Source of the DNA: Pseudomonas phage vB_PaePAO1-KEN19
Sequence record: PP456878.1
Strand: one strand, 5' to 3'
DNA: 64,000 nt
The translations under genes and the position numbers were made by a program. How positions within the stretch are numbered: position 1 is the first letter of the stretch; each line of letters begins with the position of its first letter. Under the pieces are notes generated by a model, which was given only the letters and a program-made list of their open reading frames with translations, was not told the origin of the DNA and made no database searches. Below are positions 39,566 to 50,859 of the stretch, piece after piece.

Positions 39566-39600
39566 TTTAAAACTCCGGAGTATTAAAGTTCATAAGGTTG

Positions 39601-40260
<660 letters not shown>

Positions 40261-40301
40261 TCATTCAATTGAGCACTATAGTTACTTTAAGACGAAATAA
40301 T

Positions 40302-40329
40302 AGCGGATCCACTTTAAAGCAGATCCGCT
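40302..40329 (-). terminator. hairpin AGCGGATC-(12 nt)-GATCCGCT with U-tract ATTATTTCGTCTT on the minus strand
   Basis: 3' of gene 40335-40808. Confidence 0.5.
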
Positions 40330-40334
40330 TTAAA

Positions 40335-40808
40335 TTAAAATGCTTGACCAGGACAAACCCAAATATAATCACCAGTTGTTTGGCCATTAGGTCTGACTAA
40401 TATAAATCGTTGTCCAACCGTACCGCGCACAGAAGCATCTTCAAATGGAAAACCTCTAGGTATAACTAATTTACCATCTTTGTCTTGTGCCCAAAAACTT
40501 AATGAGTCCCTAGTCTCTTTGCCATTAATAGGATCTTTTTCATAGAAACTCAATACGAAAGTAAATCCATTTGGCAATGATGTATTATATTTAATAACAG
40601 TGCCAATAAATGTAGGTGTTGTTGGTGATGATACATATCCATCTTCTTCTTTAAAGATAATGTTAGTATCAAAATAATCTTTAACATCTAACAGATTATA
40701 AATAACATCATCTCCATAAAGAGGGTGTTTCATTTTTAATGGATATTTATTTATTGTTGTGTAAAATGCACCAGGAATGAAATTATCACATTTTGATGTA
40801 TCTGCCAT
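40335..40808 (-). CDS. hypothetical protein (157 aa)
   Basis: ORF track. Confidence 0.5.
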   Translation of the reverse strand: MADTSKCDNFIPGAFYTTINKYPLKMKHPLYGDDVIYNLLDVKDYFDTNIIFKEEDGYVSSPTTPTFIGTVIKYNTSLPNGFTFVLSFYEKDPINGKETRDSLSFWAQDKDGKLVIPRGFPFEDASVRGTVGQRFILVRPNGQTTGDYIWVCPGQAF

Positions 40809-40811
40809 GAT

Positions 40812-41231
40812 TTACTCCTGTACATCCGTCATTACACGTCCTTCGATAGACCAGTATAATTCATTTTCTAATGAATCATAAACCGTTCTATATTCACATG
40901 CCTCACCTTTGTTTAATTGACAGTCAACTTTGAATAAACGGTTACCAACTAAACGATTACCATAAGCACGAATCACCAATAATCCATTTGTCTTATTGGC
41001 AATAGTAAATACATATTTACCTTTTTTAGTATCATAGGCAGTAGCTGGTAAATTTACTATAAATGGACTATCTGAATTATCATTATCAGTATAATTAGGA
41101 TCTTCAACGATAATGTGCGCATTAAGATAAGTTGAGTCAATATCAAACTTACGTCCAGTTGCTTTAGACGTGTCAATTACTTTCATAGGTGGGTAGATAT
41201 AACAGAATTCGCTCATGATTGCATCCACCAT
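40812..41231 (-). CDS. hypothetical protein (139 aa)
   Basis: ORF track. Confidence 0.5.
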   Translation of the reverse strand: MVDAIMSEFCYIYPPMKVIDTSKATGRKFDIDSTYLNAHIIVEDPNYTDNDNSDSPFIVNLPATAYDTKKGKYVFTIANKTNGLLVIRAYGNRLVGNRLFKVDCQLNKGEACEYRTVYDSLENELYWSIEGRVMTDVQE

Positions 41232-42157
41232 GACAGACCAAGTGTATACATCGCTTTAGTTGTTTCATTATAACAGATAAATCGAGTATAGCCATTATTA
41301 GGTAAGAAACCAGTACTTGTATACATTGGCCTAATGATACTCTGTTGATAAGCAGTAGCTATATCAACATCTTCATTAGTTAAATTCAGTATTCGATATT
41401 CAGCACCAGCCTTAAGTTTCTCGCTATTGCCAGAAGGTAGTATAACACCTTTAGGTGACTCTGCTATTTGAGCATCATCTGGTTTAGGCATTAGTACCAA
41501 TAGCCTACCTATAGCTTGATCATAAGGCGGACAAATCCAATTACCAAATTTACCTGTTTCATTATCAACTGTAATTGTAAATGGTACAAGCAATTGCGGG
41601 AATATCTGATAGCCATCTGTTGGTTCTGGATCAGGATCTGGGTCCGGCGGATCAGGGTCAACATCACCACCTGAATGTAACCATAGATTTAACCATCCTC
41701 TCCACCATAGTGATGAATCAATAGCTTTAAATAAAAAGTTTGGTTGTTTCTTACCACCGGTATACGTTATATTAGATATTTCTAACCATATGTCACTAGC
41801 AGTAAAATTTAATTTAGCTTTATTAGCAACATACGCAACTAAAGCTTCGCTATTTTTTAATCCTTGAACAACCGTTACTTCCGATGCTGTCCAATATGGA
41901 TTTTTAATATAATCATTAACATTAAAACGATTATAAAGAAAGTCGTAATAAACAGCACTATTAGTTGCATCTTTTTGAATACGAACAAATGCCCTATTAG
42001 GCTCATCGATAGTTGCACTATCCATTACCATTACGATAATGGACTTATCTTCAGATAAACCTAAATCCGGATATGCTGTTGTAACTGCTTTGAAGAAACC
42101 TATTCGTGGATCTTGTCCACGCGGGTTATCCGCCAGATTAAGAGTGAATCTACGCAT
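41213..42157 (-). CDS. hypothetical protein (314 aa) with a DPDPPDPDPDPEP linker
   Basis: ORF track; Pro/Asp repeat linker. Confidence 0.5.
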   Translation of the reverse strand: MRRFTLNLADNPRGQDPRIGFFKAVTTAYPDLGLSEDKSIIVMVMDSATIDEPNRAFVRIQKDATNSAVYYDFLYNRFNVNDYIKNPYWTASEVTVVQGLKNSEALVAYVANKAKLNFTASDIWLEISNITYTGGKKQPNFLFKAIDSSLWWRGWLNLWLHSGGDVDPDPPDPDPDPEPTDGYQIFPQLLVPFTITVDNETGKFGNWICPPYDQAIGRLLVLMPKPDDAQIAESPKGVILPSGNSEKLKAGAEYRILNLTNEDVDIATAYQQSIIRPMYTSTGFLPNNGYTRFICYNETTKAMYTLGLSWWMQS

Positions 42158-42180
42158 TGCGCCACCTTTAGATTAATATA

Positions 42181-42202
42181 AGAGAGGGCCTTTGCCCTCT
42201 CT
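42181..42202 (-). terminator. hairpin AGAGAGGGC-CTTTG-CCCTCTCT
   Basis: 3' of gene 42213-43550. Confidence 0.5.
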
Positions 42203-42212
42203 CATTTATGCA

Positions 42213-43553
<1,341 letters not shown>

Positions 43554-43728
43554 TTAATCCTCATAATTAGAGCGCGATGGGTTTCCATCTATAAAATCAG
43601 TCTGTTCTAGTTGTGTTAAAATAAAAAGTCTGGTATTATGAGCTTTACGTAATACCCTTGTAACAGTCTATTGATAGAAATGCCAATACTGGCTTTTATG
43701 GGTAGGCATAGTACTAACAGAGGTCATC

Positions 43729-44019
43729 ATGCTCGGTTTGACTATTAAAGCCTTGCTCTTCGTTTGGCCATTCCTTAAGAGGGCTATCTTTGGTGATAGA
43801 ACTATTAAGGAAGTGTTGCTGGAAAACAAACACGTCACGGCGATGTTGATCCTAGTTGTAATATTACTAGGTACCTTATTCATAGTGACTAGTGAGTTGA
43901 AGTCAGTTAAAGCAAGCAACTGGGCCGTTAAAGCCGAAATGGATCGACTCAAGAAAATGACGCCTGAGAAGGCTGAAATGCTTGAGCGCCGCCGTCGTTT
44001 AAATGACTTGCTAAAGTAA
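43729..44019 (+). CDS. membrane protein with a coiled-coil C-terminal half (96 aa); i-spanin-like topology
   Basis: TM segment AMLILVVILLGTLFIV, then charged heptad-like ELKSVKASNWAVKAEMDRLKKMTPEKAEMLERRRRL. Confidence 0.35.
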   Translation: MLGLTIKALLFVWPFLKRAIFGDRTIKEVLLENKHVTAMLILVVILLGTLFIVTSELKSVKASNWAVKAEMDRLKKMTPEKAEMLERRRRLNDLLK

Positions 44020-44027
44020 GTACCAAA

Positions 44028-44441
44028 TTGGTGGATCACATGTCAAGAAAGTTCTTTCTAATACTCCTACCACTTATCAGTGGCTGTGTTTATACGCCAC
44101 ATGAGTACCACACGCACAACACGACTGTGGTCCAATATGAGCACTCCTCTTCTACAGATGATCATACATCTGTTGTTACAACTAAAGAAGAGGTAATACA
44201 AAAAGTTCTGCCTACACCTAAAAAATATAGTAAGGATACTAGTAAGAAGTGTATGGTTTTCGAACTACCAAGAAAGAAACCGGTACCGCCAACACCGATT
44301 ATTACAGAGTTTATAGAAACTCCGGAACAAATCGATATCTTGTTGACTGACTATATAAAAGAATTAAAGTCACATATTGTATCTGAGCGCGCTAAAATTG
44401 AGCAAGCATATGAAGAATGGCGTGCAAAGTGTGATGAGTAA
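44028..44441 (+). CDS. predicted lipoprotein (137 aa)
   Basis: Signal plus lipobox LLPLISGC; Pro-rich stretch PVPPTPIITEF. Confidence 0.4.
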   Translation: MVDHMSRKFFLILLPLISGCVYTPHEYHTHNTTVVQYEHSSSTDDHTSVVTTKEEVIQKVLPTPKKYSKDTSKKCMVFELPRKKPVPPTPIITEFIETPEQIDILLTDYIKELKSHIVSERAKIEQAYEEWRAKCDE

Positions 44442-44496
44442 TTTACTTGCTAGAATTATTATCTAGTTTAGTAATCGATCACATGAGGAAACAATA

Positions 44497-45945
44497 ATGT
44501 CAGACGGTATGGTTTTATACACTGACGGATCATTCCGACAGGGTAAAGCTGGTTGGGGTATTCATGGTTATACCTATGAAAATGTTGCAATGAAATCTAA
44601 AGCAGCCACCAAACAGCAACCAACAGCTAAGGGATACTTAGATGTAGGTGCAGATGAGACATGCACTGTTTTAAATTATATTGATGCATTTGGTAGTGTA
44701 ACTAATAACCCTACTAATAATACAGGTGAGCTAACCGCTGCAATTGAGGCTTTCAAAATAGCCCATGAAGCAGATGCACCTAGACTAACGATGCTCATGG
44801 ATAGTGAATACGTTAGAAAAGGTATGACCGCATATTTACCCAAATGGATTAAGTCCAATTGGATTAAATCAGACGGTACACCGGTAGCAAACCAGGACCT
44901 ATGGAAACAGATGGTCGAACTAAAAGCTAAATGGGAAGAAACTAATAAACCATTAAGCATCCAATGGGTCCGCGGTCATAACGGAGACATTGGTAATGAA
45001 AAAGCTGATGCTAATGCTAAGCTTGGTTCGGGACAGAATAATGATAAGCCAGTGATGGTTTCGGTTAAAGGCGAAGAAATTAACAAACTTAAAAAACAAG
45101 TTGTTAATCCACTTATCCTCGAAAGTAGGTTACTCTTCGCCATTAACTCTGGAGAAGAACCAGATGGGTTCTATTACACCTATAATTTAGGTCGTATGCA
45201 TAACTATGGTCATAAACCAAAAGACACTGCTAAAGATAAATTAGCTAAAGCTGATTTAATTTTAGGGCGTCGTATCTCTGAAGCAACCTTCAGTGTATAT
45301 AAGGCAAATGAGCCAGATGAGTATCTCCAGTTACTAATTAATATGCATACAGAAGCACTGGGTACTGAAAATCCAGAACTGGGTATCATCAATTTGGCAA
45401 ACGCATACCGTGCAACCATTCGACAGAAAATTGAATCCATGGGACTACCTGCTCTAGTCGTATGGAAAGATATCAATGTTTTGTCGACGCCAACAGATGA
45501 ACTCATTAGTCGGACTCTTAATCCACCACGTATGGCAAATGACGCTGTAGCTACATTTAATGTTATGCGCAGTCGTCTTGAAGATTACTTGGCTGGTAAA
45601 CTTGGAGAGTCGGTTGGTATTATTGATATTACCGAGCACTTCTTCGAGGAAGTCGCAAAGGGTAAGAAAGTTGGCTATCAACTACTTAAGACGATTACAT
45701 CTAATACAGGCTTTGTAGAAGTTCCGATCACATTTAAAGATCGTAAGATAAAATTAAAGCTTGTATTAAATATCGATATTCCAAGTAGAAACCAATTAGC
45801 TCGTATTGGAGCTAATAAAGTTAAAATGGAAATTCTTGTAGTAGCTGAAGGCCCATATTCTTATTCATATTCAATTGTGTTCGTGACTGATGATGGTTCA
45901 GCTATTTATCAATCACCCTATACACAATTTATTCTCCCAAAATAG
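44497..45945 (+). CDS. RNase H (RNase HI-like N-terminal domain) with about 300-aa C-terminal extension
   Basis: LYTDGS...NNTGELTAAIEAF...MDSEYV...WVRGHNGDIGNEKADANAK follows the RNase HI D-E-D-D motif order. Confidence 0.7.
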   Translation: MSDGMVLYTDGSFRQGKAGWGIHGYTYENVAMKSKAATKQQPTAKGYLDVGADETCTVLNYIDAFGSVTNNPTNNTGELTAAIEAFKIAHEADAPRLTMLMDSEYVRKGMTAYLPKWIKSNWIKSDGTPVANQDLWKQMVELKAKWEETNKPLSIQWVRGHNGDIGNEKADANAKLGSGQNNDKPVMVSVKGEEINKLKKQVVNPLILESRLLFAINSGEEPDGFYYTYNLGRMHNYGHKPKDTAKDKLAKADLILGRRISEATFSVYKANEPDEYLQLLINMHTEALGTENPELGIINLANAYRATIRQKIESMGLPALVVWKDINVLSTPTDELISRTLNPPRMANDAVATFNVMRSRLEDYLAGKLGESVGIIDITEHFFEEVAKGKKVGYQLLKTITSNTGFVEVPITFKDRKIKLKLVLNIDIPSRNQLARIGANKVKMEILVVAEGPYSYSYSIVFVTDDGSAIYQSPYTQFILPK

Positions 45946-45955
45946 TGGGTATTCC

Positions 45956-46375
45956 ATGAACCTTATTAGCAGATTCAAAAAGTCGGTTAAGAATGGTTTC
46001 AGGGCAATTTGGATTAAGCTCTGGGACTATGCTGATCCCGAACTAAAGCGGATGTGCGTCATGGCGTCACTGTACTCCGTTATAGTACAGTGTAAGACAA
46101 ATGAGTGTGAAAAGATCTCTCATTTGAATTCTAACATGAAACTAGTACGCGATGAAGCTGCCTTACGACTCCCTATTCATTATGGGCCGTACGTATGGAA
46201 AGGCGTGATAGCAATCGATAAGATTGATAAAGCAGATCTAACCACTGATCAATTTTTCATGAGGCTTATTCGTAAGACTCCGTGTTGGATGAAATATGCT
46301 GATGATGCAACTTTTTTAAAGGATTTAAAAACCCTCTTTAAATTAAGTTTACATGAGAAGTGTATTCCAAATTGA
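45956..46375 (+). CDS. hypothetical protein (about 139 aa; start moved to MNLISRF)
   Basis: The ORF-track start at 45890 would overlap the RNase H gene by 56 nt. Confidence 0.4.
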   Translation: MNLISRFKKSVKNGFRAIWIKLWDYADPELKRMCVMASLYSVIVQCKTNECEKISHLNSNMKLVRDEAALRLPIHYGPYVWKGVIAIDKIDKADLTTDQFFMRLIRKTPCWMKYADDATFLKDLKTLFKLSLHEKCIPN

Positions 46376-46390
46376 TTGGTACGACATAAT

Positions 46391-46412
46391 GCCCTCTCCT
46401 TTGGGAGAGGGC
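46391..46412. terminator. terminator between convergent genes: GCCCTCTCC-TTTG-GGAGAGGGC followed by TTATGCTGTTA
   Basis: Same family as 26302. Confidence 0.55.
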
Positions 46413-46420
46413 TTATGCTG

Positions 46421-47335
46421 TTATCCAATGATTTCACGAAGAATATCTTCAGTGGCTTTCATTGTGTTTGCAGTCTCAACAATCTTGGTAAAGAGTGTTG
46501 AATAACGTTCAACATGGTCTGCTGCCCATGTAACCCCTTCAATTAATGTCTGTAATAGCTCTGGAGAGGTGTCAGAGTTACTATCCTTAACATCCTCCAT
46601 AAAGCTATCAATTAATTGACTAAGCGCTTCTGAAGCACGTTTTACATCATTTGGACGAACCCGTGATAAAATGCTACGAATATCGTTCATTTTCTTTGTT
46701 GCGTCAACAAATGAATTTAATGATGGGTAAAGCTTACCAAACTCAGCTGTACTTGACCGGTTGTCACTGTCATAGAAAGAAGCATCTTTAGCAAGATCAT
46801 TGATCGATGCCATTGCAAATGAATTAGCAAAGCCACGCTTATCCATTCGATCAGCACGCTGTTGTAGATAATATCCAAGTTGTGCTTTAACCGGGTCTAA
46901 TACCGCTGGAATAATAGTGGCCATTTCCTTAGCTTCTGTTAATAGATAATCAACATAGTCTGGAATCTCACCATTAAAACCAACTGGTTGTGGCACGATT
47001 GTATTTGCTACTTCTAAATAATCAATGTGTGAAACTAAATGGCGCATCTGCGCTGGATGGAACTCAGGAATAATTTGATTACTCCAGTTAGTCATCGACG
47101 TAAATGCATTACGAGCAGCGATAGCAAAATTAGCACCGCGTTTATTGATAATGTTAATAGCGTTTGTTGCGAAATTAGCTTCTTGAGAAATAGTCTCAGT
47201 AATATCTACAAGCTGTTGTTTTGGATCAACTTGTACTAAACTAATATCATCATTAACAATATTATCAGATTCAATTAGATCCTGACAATCATTTTCTAGT
47301 GAAATACTTTTAGCGTATTTATGGATGTTAAACAT
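46421..47335 (-). CDS. hypothetical protein (304 aa)
   Basis: ORF track. Confidence 0.5.
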   Translation of the reverse strand: MFNIHKYAKSISLENDCQDLIESDNIVNDDISLVQVDPKQQLVDITETISQEANFATNAINIINKRGANFAIAARNAFTSMTNWSNQIIPEFHPAQMRHLVSHIDYLEVANTIVPQPVGFNGEIPDYVDYLLTEAKEMATIIPAVLDPVKAQLGYYLQQRADRMDKRGFANSFAMASINDLAKDASFYDSDNRSSTAEFGKLYPSLNSFVDATKKMNDIRSILSRVRPNDVKRASEALSQLIDSFMEDVKDSNSDTSPELLQTLIEGVTWAADHVERYSTLFTKIVETANTMKATEDILREIIG

Positions 47336-47432
47336 GTCTTAATTTCCTTGCGCAAGGATTGTTGAATATGTAGACATAAAATTACTCTCCAAATCAATTA
47401 ATTGACTGTTTAACTTAAAAAATGGAGTCAAC

Positions 47433-48872
47433 ATGTTTGGTAAACATTTCGAACGTCCAGCTTTCCGACCGGCTCTTAACATCGGATGCCTTATGGACAT
47501 TTCAACTGGTAAGTATGAACAAGGTAAGCATGGTGAAATGATTCTAAATGGTGGTATGGGATCACTAACTGGTATTGCTTCACGACCTAACAATTTTAAA
47601 ACTGCATTAGGTATCTACCTCATGGCAATGATGCGCCGTGCTTTCCCCGGTGCACATGCAATGACTTACGATACAGAAGGTACATTAAACCCAGGTGCTC
47701 GATTTACATCTTTAGCACAAGCTTATCCTGAGCTAGCTGCTATCGATTGGGAAAATGATGAGCAATACATGTTTACTGACTTATCTCGTTATACTGGGGA
47801 TGAGTGGTTCAAAATCTTCCGAGATGCATTATCTGAAAAAGAGAAAGCTGAAAAAGATTATCTACGCACTACCCCATTTCTTGATGTGAATGGTAACAAT
47901 AAGAAAGCACTGTACCCAACTGGTGGATTCATTGATAGTTTCTCAAAGTTCATTGTCTCAGCTGTGTCTGAAATGTATGCTAAAAATGCTATCGGTGATT
48001 CTAAAGTAAACACTGATGCGATGACTAATGGTAAAGCCAAGAATCAGTTATTTAACCAACTGCCGCAGATCTGTGCTAAAACCAGTACATACATGATTCT
48101 CACTGCACACGTTGGAGATATTATTCAAATTGAGATGTACCCTACTGATAAACGTAATCTATCGCATATGAAGAAGGATACGGTTCTTAAAGGGGTATCA
48201 GGTGGTTTCTACTCTCTGCCGAATAATGTGTTTTCTATTGAATCTAATAAACCGTTAGTCAATAAAGAAAAAATGCCTTTATATCCAATTGACAATTCAA
48301 CTGCTATTGAAGGCGATACAGATCTACGTATTCTAGAAGTTATTAACTTACGTGGTAAAGGTGGAATTACTGGTCTACCATTCCATCTCATTGTTTCACA
48401 GACTGAAGGTATTCTTCCATCACTATCGGAATTCCATTATTGCCGTGAAAATGATTGGGGGATTGGTGGTAATAACATTAACTACTTCGTTGAGCTATGT
48501 CCTGATATCAAACTAAGCCGAACCACTGTTCGTAAGAAATTGATGGATAACCCTGCTCTACAACGAGCTGTTGAAATCCAATCTGAAATGCTACAATTAA
48601 TTCAATTCCAACGTTGGAATCTTGGAGATTATGTAGTAACTCCAGCCGAACTATATGCTGATCTTAAAGTAATGGGTTATGATTGGAATATTATTCTTAA
48701 TAATACCCGTGGCTATTGGATGTTCGAAGAAGACGAACAATTTAGTGATAAAAAATTCCTATCCACGTATGACCTACTACGCATGCGTAAAAGTGAATAT
48801 AAACCATACTGGATGACTGACGAAGAAAAAGCTAAAATTGTACCTCTTGAACTAGCTAAAGCAAAAGCTTAA
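47433..48872 (+). CDS. UvsX/RecA-family recombinase homolog (479 aa) with a divergent P-loop
   Basis: NGGMGSLTGIASRPNNFKTALGIYLMAMMRRAFPGAHAMTYDTEGTLNP aligns by eye with T4 UvsX GGMQSGLLILAGPSKSFKSNFGL..YMRQYPDAVCLFYDSEFGITP; later KNQLFNQLPQICAKTSTYMILTAHVGD resembles the UvsX KSLFRIV..CIAINHTYE region. Confidence 0.55.
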   Translation: MFGKHFERPAFRPALNIGCLMDISTGKYEQGKHGEMILNGGMGSLTGIASRPNNFKTALGIYLMAMMRRAFPGAHAMTYDTEGTLNPGARFTSLAQAYPELAAIDWENDEQYMFTDLSRYTGDEWFKIFRDALSEKEKAEKDYLRTTPFLDVNGNNKKALYPTGGFIDSFSKFIVSAVSEMYAKNAIGDSKVNTDAMTNGKAKNQLFNQLPQICAKTSTYMILTAHVGDIIQIEMYPTDKRNLSHMKKDTVLKGVSGGFYSLPNNVFSIESNKPLVNKEKMPLYPIDNSTAIEGDTDLRILEVINLRGKGGITGLPFHLIVSQTEGILPSLSEFHYCRENDWGIGGNNINYFVELCPDIKLSRTTVRKKLMDNPALQRAVEIQSEMLQLIQFQRWNLGDYVVTPAELYADLKVMGYDWNIILNNTRGYWMFEEDEQFSDKKFLSTYDLLRMRKSEYKPYWMTDEEKAKIVPLELAKAKA

Positions 48873-48906
48873 TGTTAGTATAGATGTTATCGCCAGTTTT
48901 AAAATA

Positions 48907-48931
48907 ACTAGGGGTCAATAAGATCCCTAGT
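48907..48931 (+). terminator. hairpin ACTAGGG-(11 nt)-CCCTAGT after the UvsX-like gene
   Basis: Read directly; weak U-tract. Confidence 0.35.
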
Positions 48932-48948
48932 TATGTCAGGTTTGGTAT

Positions 48949-49299
48949 ATGAATGTTTACACTTATCAGATAGCTAAATATAAGTTAGTTATAGAGAAAG
49001 GAATAAAACCGCTAGACATAACTGTTAAATCAGGTGCATATCAACTCGCACCTACGTGGTTAATGGTTATGGGACATAAGAAAGGAATTATATCAAGTGA
49101 TGAATACACTGAAGCATATCTCAGTATGTTAGAGCAATCATTGATTGATAATCCAGAATTCTTTAAATGGTTCTTCCAATTAGAGGAAGTAGCATTAGGT
49201 TGTTATTGTCGCGCTGGTAATTTCTGTCACCGGCATTTATTAGTAGAATGGCTTGAAACAAAAACAGAGGTCATTTACTGTGGTGAGATATCAAAGTAA
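48949..49299 (+). CDS. hypothetical protein (116 aa) with a C-x-C-x5-C-H motif
   Basis: ALGCYCRAGNFCHRHLL. Confidence 0.5.
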   Translation: MNVYTYQIAKYKLVIEKGIKPLDITVKSGAYQLAPTWLMVMGHKKGIISSDEYTEAYLSMLEQSLIDNPEFFKWFFQLEEVALGCYCRAGNFCHRHLLVEWLETKTEVIYCGEISK

Positions 49300-49322
49300 A
49301 ATAAAGACCCTAAGGAACTATA

Positions 49323-49643
49323 ATGAAAACTACAGAAGATTATCGTTTAACACTTTGTCAACGTCTACGAATGTTTGATGTTGAACTATCAGAAGATCTA
49401 TTACGTCGATTACCAGTGTGTACAGACGTACCCACTTTATCAGCTTGCTTTCAGCAACTATTAGCTCAATACCCTAGTCAGACATTGACAGCTAGAACCA
49501 CCATTGATGATTCAGTCACCTTTGAAGTATGGTATGCTAATTTTCTAGCCAACATATTACCAATTCTTAAGAGGCACAGGTTACCTCCATGTACTGACCA
49601 GAATTCAATACCTGTCTATCAAGGGGTATCTCGCTCAAGCTAA
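49323..49643 (+). CDS. hypothetical protein (106 aa)
   Basis: ORF track. Confidence 0.45.
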   Translation: MKTTEDYRLTLCQRLRMFDVELSEDLLRRLPVCTDVPTLSACFQQLLAQYPSQTLTARTTIDDSVTFEVWYANFLANILPILKRHRLPPCTDQNSIPVYQGVSRSS

Positions 49644-49675
49644 TGGTATGTTAAACAACCTTAAAGGAAATTACC

Positions 49676-50350
49676 ATGACTAAACGAGAATTGGTAGAAA
49701 AAGAATGCCTATGGATTATTGACATGTTTCTACCTGGTAGTAGTAATGTTGATATCTATAAAGAAATGTTTGCACGAATGAATGATGAGGAATTTGAGGA
49801 GTGGATTAATAAGTTAGATTCTGGTGAAGAGATGTTGGCATTATATGCTCCTAACTTATGCACTAAGCCTAAATTAACTATTAAGCAAAATTATAAAGTT
49901 GCTAAAGCGATTGGTCATAATTTATTCCAACACATCATTTTAACTGATCCAGGTACTGGCCAGGTATATCGAACTGCTAATAAACATTTAGTTGGTTTAA
50001 TACCAATCCGTCGTCAAGTACAAATGCTTGAGAAAAAGAAAAGTATTCCAGGTTCTAGTCACGTGATTGACCAGAGGTCAGGGCAGGTAACTGGTGATTC
50101 TAAAGGATCCCGTATGTCTGCACCAGAGATTCAAGTTAACGCTTCAAAAGGTCTCCGTTATTCCATGATCGAATTCATGAAACTGCGTGGTGGCGACCAG
50201 AAGGCGTATAATGCAATGAACCGCTCTATTATCGAAACTGGTAGTGCTTCTGTTGATTCCATCATGTCCACTTATGATACTACTGTGCAATCTAATAAAA
50301 CATTTGCATGTTATCTAAAAGGCATGATGCTACAAAATAACTTGGTGTAA
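49676..50350 (+). CDS. hypothetical protein (224 aa)
   Basis: ORF track. Confidence 0.5.
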   Translation: MTKRELVEKECLWIIDMFLPGSSNVDIYKEMFARMNDEEFEEWINKLDSGEEMLALYAPNLCTKPKLTIKQNYKVAKAIGHNLFQHIILTDPGTGQVYRTANKHLVGLIPIRRQVQMLEKKKSIPGSSHVIDQRSGQVTGDSKGSRMSAPEIQVNASKGLRYSMIEFMKLRGGDQKAYNAMNRSIIETGSASVDSIMSTYDTTVQSNKTFACYLKGMMLQNNLV

Positions 50351-50352
50351 TT

Positions 50353-50859
50353 ATGAATAATCGCCAGATTTATGAAGATATGTGCGAAGCTTTAATTGTA
50401 TCTAATACTGAGTTAGTAAATGGATACAGTGCTGAAATCATTGCGGATATTTTGGATTTACTAAATAACTGGAGTACCAATACTCATTGGTATCACATTG
50501 CTGATAAAACAGTTATTAGGGATATCTGGAATTTATTCCGTAATAAAGGTAATCGTCTTCAACCTATCTTAAGTTTAGTTAGTCGATTTAAGATGGCTGT
50601 TAATGATTGGGATGGTGTGGTGAAATTACTAGCTGATTCTATTTATCCTTATCAGCCTAATTCAACTATTGTTGACCAAGAAATGTTAGCGCGATTAATT
50701 CCACGAAAAGAATTAACTGACATTTTATACCAAAATGATTGGTTAGTTTGGATTATTTGCCAATGTTTAAATATCCGTTATATTACTAATATGGTTGAAT
50801 CTATCCCAGTTCAAGCTAAGCCATCTAAAAAGAAGGCGGTAAATAATAATGTTTCGTAA
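50353..50859 (+). CDS. hypothetical protein (168 aa)
   Basis: ORF track. Confidence 0.5.
   Translation: MNNRQIYEDMCEALIVSNTELVNGYSAEIIADILDLLNNWSTNTHWYHIADKTVIRDIWNLFRNKGNRLQPILSLVSRFKMAVNDWDGVVKLLADSIYPYQPNSTIVDQEMLARLIPRKELTDILYQNDWLVWIICQCLNIRYITNMVESIPVQAKPSKKKAVNNNVS

Noticed and set aside
43668-44039. 123-aa minus-strand ORF spanning the divergent promoter region and antisense to the 96-aa membrane protein gene
   Set aside because: It overlaps a better-supported plus-strand gene with SD and TM/coiled-coil features. Its own start sits inside the neighbouring gene's leader.
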